The position numbers and the translations under genes are program-made. This document shows, in pieces, positions 54,262 through 64,000 of a DNA stretch of 64,000 nucleotides. Each line of letters starts with the position of its first letter. Position 1 is the first letter of the stretch. Below the pieces are notes generated by a model. The model did no database searches. It was not told the origin of the DNA and was given only the letters and a program-made list of their open reading frames with translations. The stretch lies in NCBI GenBank assembly GCA_964016885.1, contig OZ024749.1, positions 25,730,001 to 25,794,000 of the forward strand, given 5' to 3'. The stretch is from Eledone cirrhosa (lineage: Eukaryota).

Positions 54262-54920
54262 AAGTAGATAGAAGACACACAACATGATGACGAATAAGAG
54301 CAAAAACAACAATAAAAATAAAAAGAAGTATCACAAGAACAAGAAGAAGGACAAGACAAGAAACACCACCACCACCACCAACACCAACAACAACAACAAC
54401 AACAACAACAACAGCAACACATCAATACTCCTTACACTTTGATTTTGTCAGTTCCATAACCAACGCAAATAGGTTTTCTTCTATGCTTTGTCATTTTTTT
54501 TTTATTTTTGCTTTTACCTCAAACTCCAATTTTCTAATTTGAGACAACATAAAATATAATACATCATAGAAAATTGAAAAAAAAATTATTTCATAGACTA
54601 CTTACCATTTGAAAGAATTTTCATAGAAGAGTGAATGATGAAAAAAAAAAATGGCTGCGTGAAACAGGATTTCAATGGGGAAAAAAAATGGTTTCATGCA
54701 GAATATGTGAAGGATGAGTAATAGAATTCGGAATAATAGAAAAAATTTAAAAAAGGAAATTGATAGCGGAAAAAAATTCTGTAAAATATTTTCGATAAGT
54801 TTTTTTTTTTTCTTATTTATTAAGTTTTTAAAATTATTTTCATTTATTTTCTCAGATAGTTCAGAAAAATATGAACTGAAAGAATTTTGAGATGTTGAAG
54901 ATGATATGAGATGATTCAAG

Positions 54921-54980
<60 letters not shown>

Positions 54981-55010
54981 GTATATATATATATATATAT
55001 TATGTATATG

Positions 55011-55044
<34 letters not shown>

Positions 55045-55279
55045 TTTATATATACATATATATATATATATATACATATATACATATATATATGCGCGCG
55101 TGTGTGTATGTACAAATATATGTGTGTGTGTTTGTGTGAGTATATGTATGGTTTTATGAATATGTGCTCGGTGCACATTCATACATATATATATGTATTT
55201 TTGCTTGTCAGTACTTTTGTATGTATGTTTATATAAATATATATTTATATATATATATATGTATGTGTATATATATGTG

Positions 55280-55344
<65 letters not shown>

Positions 55345-55444
55345 ATTTATATATATATTTATACATCTATTTATATATATAATATATATACATATATGTA
55401 AATATACGTATATAATATGTATATACACATACATACATTCATAC

Positions 55445-55476
<32 letters not shown>

Positions 55477-55604
55477 GTATATATATGTATAATGCGATGA
55501 AATACTAATGATGTTTGGAAAATCACTGACGAAGGACTATTTTTATCATATGTAACCCATGTGCAAACCACGCAGTATTCTTCTTTCTCCTCATGTTTTT
55601 TGTA

Positions 55605-55660
<56 letters not shown>

Positions 55661-56200
55661 CATACCATACACTCATATATATATATATACATATATCTAA
55701 ATATTCTCATTCATACATACACACGTACTTGTCACTGTAATGAGAAATGTCGTTAGAGGAGATTGAAATCCTCATTAAATTATTAGTAACAGAACATTGG
55801 TGAAGCTCTTACAAAGAGCGTACTTGATGTTAATACAATATTTGAGATACATGTACGTGCTTATGTAATTAAAACTAAAAAAAAAACTCCTTTGTTTTGT
55901 TTTGAAGAGATTGCTGCATAAATCAATACAGATCTCTTAAAAAGATATTCTAGATTTCCTACTCAGAACAAAATTTCTTTAGTGAAAAAACCATTACAAA
56001 AACCAACAATATATATATAACAAGAAAAGGAAAAACACAAGAGCTACTTTGCCCCCCCCCCTCTCTCTCTCTGCCTCTCTCTCCCCCTCTCTCTCTCTCT
56101 CTATCTCTAGCTATCTCTCTATCTATCTATCTCTCTCTCTCCTCTATCTATCTATATAACTATCTTTCTATCTCATATTCTTACTGTCTCTCATTATCCA

Positions 56201-56273
<73 letters not shown>

Positions 56274-56475
56274 CTCTGAAACACACACACTCTCTCTCAC
56301 TCTATCATTCTCACTGTCTCTCTCACTCACATGAGCTTTCATTTTATCTATCTTTCTAACTTAAGATATCTACATATTGTCTTTCTATCTCTCTCTCTTT
56401 CTCATTCTCTTCCTCGTTCTCTGTTCCTCTAACTCTATCTATCTATCTAGATATATATGTGCATATATATATATT

Positions 56476-56551
<76 letters not shown>

Positions 56552-56581
56552 TTGTGTGTGTGTGTGTGTATATATGTGTGT

Positions 56582-56733
<152 letters not shown>

Positions 56734-56766
56734 TGGGTCCGTCAACTCCTTATATGTATATACAAG

Positions 56767-56956
56767 GGCGGTGAATTGGCATTATCGGTAGAGGGTCGGA
56801 CGCCATGCTTTGGCGTATAGAGTTACGGCCCTTGCCATTCTGAGTTCAAATCCCGCCGAGGTTACTTTGCCTTTCATCCTTGCGAGGTTGATAAAATAAA
56901 GTACCAGTAATGTACTGGCAAATTGCTGGCCTTGTGCCAAAAATATAAACAATTAT
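56767..56956 (+). mobile_element. tRNA-head SINE
   Basis: Matches the consensus. Confidence 0.88.
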
Positions 56957-57045
56957 ATATACATATAGATATATATATATGACTGCCTTTGTTCCTTTCT
57001 CTATCTCCCACTACCTCCCCCTATCTCTCTCTCTCTCTCTCTCTC

Positions 57046-57099
<54 letters not shown>

Positions 57100-57470
57100 G
57101 GCTCTCTCGACATTTCTAGCATTATTTCAAATGAGTTTGTTGATGGAATATTAATAAATGAGGAGAGAATAAAATTGAAGATGGAATCAAAATTAGAGTG
57201 GAAAAAAATTTATTTAAATTATTGCATGCTACTTCAATTCCTCATTTTTATGCATCAAGGCATGTTTAAGTAGATATAGCTTGTGGTGTATGTATGTGTA
57301 CTATTCATATATTTTATGTTTTGAATAATGTTTTAATAGTGAACTCAAACGAAAGCGTCCGTGTGTCGCCAAGTGTCCGTCGGTGAATCTATGTAGTTAT
57401 TCGTTATTTTGCTTTTTGATTATATATATATATATATATATTGTTATGCTTTGGTAGGGCCATGTTGGCT

Positions 57471-57559
57471 ATATTATGCAAAAACACTACATCACAGAGA
57501 TATAGAATTTTTGTGACAAAAATTCTATATCTCTGTGATGTAGTGTTTTTGCATAATAT
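57471..57559. repeat. Perfect 44-bp-arm palindrome followed by an HHR 3' half
   Basis: Arms separated by a single G at 57515. GAAACTACGTAGTCGGGG follows at 57565. Confidence 0.9.
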
Positions 57560-57688
57560 GCCACGAAACTACGTAGTCGGGGACTTAAAAAGCAGTTGTG
57601 TATGATATATCTTATTACTAATTATATCTAATGTTTCTTCTCTCTTCATAATGTATTATATATATGTGTGTGTGTGTGTGTGAGTGTG

Positions 57689-57719
<31 letters not shown>

Positions 57720-57870
57720 TTATATACATATATATATATATGTATGTGTGTATATATATGTAGGGGTATATATGTATATATACTGTAGTATAGGTTTGGT
57801 AGAAATATACAAGGGTAAGAACACTGAGTCCATAGGACGAGTTTTTTATTTTTCTTATGACAGGCTGAAT

Positions 57871-58487
57871 GTGTGTTTTCATTTTGTCCTTAATTGTAAG
57901 TTGCGATGTTGCTGTTCCACTCATGTTTTCTATTTAATTTTGGTTGTAATTCTTTTATGTTTATTGCCTCTGTGATTTGTCTAAACATTGCGTCTTTTCT
58001 GTGTGTAGATTCTATTTATATTTCTATGTTCTCTAATTTACCCTTATGTTCTATTTTAGCATGTTGGTAGAGTACAGATGATTCTTTACTATCTTGAAGG
58101 TCTCGCCAGTGTTCATTTATCCGTTCCCCTACAGTACAAGCTGTCTCACCTATGTACACTATATTTTTATCTCTACATTGTCCTTCAGTACATCTTATGC
58201 TATATACTACATTTCAAGTTTTACAGTTAATATGGGGGCTTAATTTACAGGTTATACATTTCTTATCTATACAGGGGGGTCTTTGAAAAGGGTATGTCTT
58301 GCTAATAAGTGATTTTATGCAGAAATAAAAATAGAAATATAAATAGAATCTACACACAGAAAAGACGCAATGTTTAGACAAATCACAGAGGTAATAAACA
58401 TAAAAGAATTACAACCAAAATTAAATAGAAAACATGAGTGGAACAGCAACATCACAACTTACAATTAAGGACAAAATGAAAACACAC
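57871..58487. repeat. Inverted repeat with ~157-bp arms and ~300-bp spacer
   Basis: 57871-58027 is mirrored by 58331-58487 with about 2 mismatches. Confidence 0.9.
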
Positions 58488-58966
58488 ACGCACATAGAAC
58501 AAACGACCAACCAGTAACATGTAAATAAAAAATAAATAAACGAATATAAACACACACAGACACGCGGATGTGGTGCATGCGCAAACTGAGCACACAACAC
58601 ACACACAGAAACAAGATGGCGTAGGACAGAACAAAGGAGCGGCACAAAAACAAAGAAAGAATCCCCAGTCACTGAAGAGGTCACAGAATGTGTGACGAAA
58701 GAACTTTGACAATATATAGACAACCATCTGGTTGTGGAACCAACCAAACAACCGGAAATTTATAAATTCCTAAATTTATAAATTTATTATAATAAATTGA
58801 AGTGAAAGCATCTGGTGCGTGTGTTTCTTATTGGCAACATGACCCTCCCAAAGTATAACAATATATATATATAAATATATCATAATAATAAAATACATAA
58901 ATCCAGTAAAAACACCTCCTGTCCTCTGATATTTTGAGCACGTTCATGTATTCTATCCCTCCCTTT

Positions 58967-59004
<38 letters not shown>

Positions 59005-59022
59005 GTACTATACTATACTTCA

Positions 59023-59083
<61 letters not shown>

Positions 59084-59087
<4 letters not shown>

Positions 59088-59282
59088 TAAATCTACCAAG
59101 AGTTTACGGTAGTGTCCAATCCGTATGAAGAACTCAATGTAATCCGGATATCATGGAAAGAAGAGATGCAATGAAAAATCACTTTCGGTGAAAGATAAAC
59201 GGAATACAGAGTCAAGATAAAATATTAAAAAAATAATGAATAAAACTGGAACTGTTTCATTGTTTTATTCATTATTTTTTTA

Positions 59283-59290
<8 letters not shown>
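59084..59290 (-). mobile_element. Family D PLE tail with a short inverted arm in (TA)n
   Basis: GTGTCCAATCCGTATGAAGAACTCAATGTAATCC is shared with ~16301. Confidence 0.8.
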
Positions 59291-59319
<29 letters not shown>

Positions 59320-59329
59320 CTCTCTCTCT

Positions 59330-59439
<110 letters not shown>

Positions 59440-59643
59440 TGTGCACTGAGTTAATAGGATATACAGTAACAGAGAAGCAGCTATCTATACATGTTTCTAT
59501 CTCTACATGTAAATGAGGTGAGCCAACTTATGCAGCTTCATATGCAAATGAGATTAATGACCTCATTTGCACAGACGAGAAAACTATATATTCTCGACTG
59601 TTTTCAAGTCCACCAGTCGCAAGCGGTGTGGGGGGGGGGGGCT

Positions 59644-59679
59644 TCCAGATGAAGGCCAATCAAGCCTGAAATGCATAGA
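59644..59679 (+). ncRNA. Minimal hammerhead-like motif (core CAGAUGA)
   Basis: TC CAGATGA AGGC CAATCAA GCCT GAAA TGCA TA GA. Stem I is weak. Confidence 0.5.
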
Positions 59680-59984
59680 CGGTTGTCCCCCTTGCTTCTG
59701 CTGGACACCACCAGAGGGCGTTAGCTCTGGTGTTTGCATAGCTACGGCTTCCTAAATGTTTGTTGTAAACATACCGTGTTTCTTTAGAAATACGAAATTG
59801 TTATACATATATATATATATATGTATATATATATAAACAAATTAAAAGATCTTTGTTTATAAACATATCTTTCAATTTGGTTATTATGGCTCTAGATAAA
59901 GTCTATTGAGCTTACGTATTGCAAAAAATAAAATCCTAAACATATTTGATATGTTTTGATTCCTCATTTGTGTGTATATATATA

Positions 59985-60026
<42 letters not shown>

Positions 60027-60293
60027 AAATAAAAATAATTTCTGTGATACAAAAGATTTCCTGGTGGAAGTTCAGGTATACTCTGAGTTGGTATTCAGTT
60101 TCGGGGTGAAAATCCCATTACAAAATTCAACAAATGTGAGAGGTCCACGTAAGTGTTGATATGTATATGTATGTATCTATTAGGTTAACGCTTGAAGAGA
60201 TGTCAACATGTATGGACCTGTTATTTTTATCTAAAGATACTTTCTCAATTCCAGCCCGCCCGTCCCGTTAATCTATCTTATCTCTCGTACTTT

Positions 60294-60327
60294 CTTCTGA
60301 TGAAGGACTTCCGTCCGAAACGTTAAG
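60294..60327 (+). ncRNA. Minimal PLE-type hammerhead motif
   Basis: CTT CTGATGA A GGAC TTCC GTCC GAAA CG TT AAG, with palindromic AACGTT. Confidence 0.75.
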
Positions 60328-60431
60328 CCCCTTTTCCTACTATTACAAGCGTTTACCTAATATATTCCTTCCACATACTGTACCGATTGTGTTGTTATTT
60401 CAGTTTACTTTTTACATATATATATATATAA

Positions 60432-60622
<191 letters not shown>

Positions 60623-61719
60623 CGGATCCTTGAGAAAGCAACACCCCGAGCATATCAATGAATCGAAACAATAGAAGTAGGCTTTTTTTCTGGGGTTTTT
60701 TTCTGGGGATATTTTCTGTTCATATTCTACCTGTCTGGTGAGTTCATATATGTTGCATAACGATTATCACTTAAATATATATAACAGCGATGATGCATTA
60801 AACGAAGCTATTGTTAACCTGTTGACATGTACTTCATATTTATACCTATACTCCGGTTTAACCAGACTCAACTGCCTATTTGGTCGAGTGCTCTACCCTT
60901 CATACCGAAGTGTCGAGGATTAACTAATACGTACATTTCTGACAGATATTATGCTAGAATATTTATGCATACGTGCATATATATTTCTATAAACATATAT
61001 CAAGTAGATACTACAACAACGATAAAAAACGATACATAAAATGTAGAATATTATTTTAATAAATTCCTTCAATATTTTACAGAAATACTTTTATTTCAAA
61101 TGTTCTTTTTTGTATCTTTGTATAGTTTCCTTCTTAAAATCTGACAACTGAAAAAAGTATAAATAGAGAATCGACTTCACTATACATGACAGTGGTAAAA
61201 ATAATTGCTAAGAGAAATACGTCGATAATATTAACAGCGATATCTTGCTTCCTATTGTTTAACAGGTGTTTTTATATGAAGATGTTTTAGTCATAATTAT
61301 AACATATTTAAGAGGAGCGTATGTTTTAGGAATCAGGTTTTTTTCAATGAATGTTTATTATATCTCATTTTCAATTTTATTAATTATATATGATTGGCTC
61401 TCTACTTCAACATATTTCGGGTTTACAAAATTTTATATTTGCTTATAGGAAATTTTATGACGTTAAACAATACACCGATATTTTGAAGACACTTATCGGA
61501 TTTATTTTAGAATATATTAGTTACATCCCTTAGCTTTTATTCGCTGTTTTAATAGAATTGGTTATTTAAAACTGACTCGAGTGTTTATATCTATGCACAT
61601 GTGTTTACTCTATTGTCATTGCTTCTTAGGCAAATTGAACAAAACAAAGTTATGAAGCTTTCTTACTTGTGTAAAACACTCAACGTCACACATACACATG
61701 CACACACACATACACATGC

Positions 61720-61765
<46 letters not shown>

Positions 61766-62430
61766 ACACACAGACACACACACACACATATATATATATA
61801 TAGATAGAGAGAGGGGGTAGGGAGGAGAGATAACTATACGTAAGTTTTGATATTAACACAAATATATAGAGAGCTCAATACAAGATTGTTCATTTGTTAC
61901 ATATACGTGTGGGTGTGTATGCGTGCATGTAAATTTGTGAATATGTATATGTCTATGTTTATGTGTTCGTGTGCATATATGTGTATGCATATGTGACTGT
62001 GTGTATGTATGTGTCTATATGCGTATGTGTGATTTATGTCATATAGAAATGACTACTTCAGAGCTACAATTCAGTCGAAATCCTCCTATTTCATGATGAT
62101 ATAAATTCCACTTCATTTCAGTAATAAATACATTGAATTCGGTGAAGTTGTAGGATCTTTAGAATGCCAGATAGGAGGTTCTGTTGTATCGGTTTCTACT
62201 CACTCAGTTCTGAGTTCAAATTCCACTGCTTTCCCTCCTTTCAATCTCAATTGAGTCCCTGTTGAGTACTGAAATCCACTTTGCTTCTCTGTCTAAATCC
62301 CTTTCTCTCTCATTCCCTCGCTCCATTTTCACTCTCTGTGTCTGGCTTCCATCTATCTCGTTTCCCCCCACTTTATTTGTGCTTCCATCCGTCCGTCTCC
62401 CCCCCCTTCTCTCTCTATATATATATATAT

Positions 62431-62567
62431 CCAGAAATAGCCGTTGAAACGGCTTGAGCTCTGCCGTCGGGGTCATACTGTTTCCTATTACCCACTCTAC
62501 TACACTAAGTATTGAGTACACTGGTGCGTTATGGTTCATCTGGTTCCTTACCACAATTCTTTCGTTA
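62431..62567 (+). mobile_element. Family A PLE 3' terminus fragment in (TA)n
   Basis: Matches 25006-25142. Confidence 0.88.
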
Positions 62568-64000
62568 TATATATATAAATACACACACACACACACAAAT
62601 ATATATATATCCCTCTTTCTCATCATCTATTTCTGCATTAAACACGTCATGTTCAAACCAAACAGAAAATGACTGAACCAGGTTTTAAAAATCCCTAAGC
62701 TACGCCCAATATCAAGCTGGCGTCGCTATGACACTAGTGAAAGCTCCTCCGAGGCCTCTATACACGTTGACCTCACAGAAGAAAAATAAACATGAAAGAG
62801 ACTCAGACAACCACTTTTATTGTTTTATTTTCTATATGTTTAGTGTGTGTGACACACAGTAACGTATTTCCAAAGAGCGCAGTGTTAATTCCATCGGCAT
62901 ATTTTGTTCCCCGGCAACGAAAATCATATTGGTTGCAAAGGATGAAATGTCTAAGCTTTGGCCATAATCTTTGACCTATTTGTGAACTTTTGTTATTTTT
63001 TCTTCATATATATTAACTTAACTACGTTTTCAGCACAAATAACACACAACGGTATTGAAGATATTTCATTTTAATCAATTTCTTTTAACATGTCTAGCTT
63101 TGTTTTTTTTAATTTATTTATTTTTATTATTATTTCTCGTTTAATTTTCCCATAGCATCTGTTTAATTTGTCTTGTTTTTTTATATTTTGCATTTATTTT
63201 TCTCAATTTTAATTTACCACGTAATCAAACGTAACTTTACTTGTGATAAACCTAATTATGTGCAGACAGACATCATAATTAAAAATGTAATTTGAAATTA
63301 AAATAAAACATCTCGAGATTATTGAAATAATTAAAAATGATTTCAAGAATTTTTTTTTATTTTATTATATTTATATTTTTTTGGTTTGTTTCATTTATTT
63401 ATTTTTTTAATTTTATTTATTCTTTTTTTTTTTCTTATTTATTGTCAGCCGATTTCAAACACACAAGTCATTGACATTCCGGATTGTTGGAGCCGGATTA
63501 AATTTTAGTATCGATGTTTCAACGCTTCAGCTTTAAGAGATTATGGTAAAGGAAATTAATAATAAATTGAAGATTATAAAGAAAATAATTTGCTAAATTC
63601 GCGGGAACCGCAGGGAGTTCTGATTGGAATATGGCTTACAGAAACTAAATGAATTCCATCACGATTAATAATAGAATTCAATACAAAAGTTTATAGCTCC
63701 AATCATTTTATATTACTTTATTTCACATTTTCTATTTTCTTTACACTTTTTATTTCATTTTTTTCTGTGGAGTTTCCTGTCGATATTTGTCTGATTTTCT
63801 ATCTCGATATCAATTTATTTTTTCGAATTGTTTACCATATTTGTTGGTTTGCATTTTCTGTATGTGCATGACTACAACAGCTTGTCTAAATACCTAGCCA
63901 GGCACATTATCTCTCTTCTCTATCTTGAAAACAAAAGGCTTATGCCAAAGACACTGATATATGTTTTCCATTTCCCTTCGGAAATTAAATTGCCTTTAAA

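Noticed and set aside
60626-60682. TTGAGAA...GAAAC HHR-like motif
   Set aside because: No convincing stem II or stem III.
61266-61318. Candidate + strand exon (TGTTTAACAG|GTG...GTATGT)
   Set aside because: Isolated and short, with no recognisable product or partner exons.

Overview
AT-rich eukaryotic non-genic or intronic DNA saturated with microsatellites. The style (long (TA)n/(CA)n/(GATA)n/(TAG)n tracts plus a tRNA-head SINE) suggests a coleoid cephalopod such as Octopus; this is inference. No host protein-coding gene can be supported. The real coding content is two retroelements. (1) A young Penelope-like element (PLE; RT with YRDD plus C-terminal GIY-YIG endonuclease) at 18811-25142, built as a 2.7-kb inverted duplication in a (TA)n tract. 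(2) A near-full-length, inactivated L1/Tx1-clade LINE at 25655-31474 (-), sitting inside a (GATA)n tract. The most interesting layer is non-coding. About ten type I hammerhead ribozyme (HHR) motifs from several unrelated PLE-terminus families sit in (TA)n tracts, mostly as fold-back inserts. They include U3:A8 cores, a family-wide U4A core (CAGAAGA), expanded stem II, and a different stem III palindrome in each family. One HHR has an 11-bp antisense 'lock', and the large PLE carries a decayed, A-to-G-shifted SINE in its 3' UTR. Also present: about 15 SINE copies (several with TSDs), two hAT MITEs with 8-bp TSDs, a probable non-autonomous Helitron and a tRNA-Tyr 5' fragment. All structures were read by eye; none were computed.
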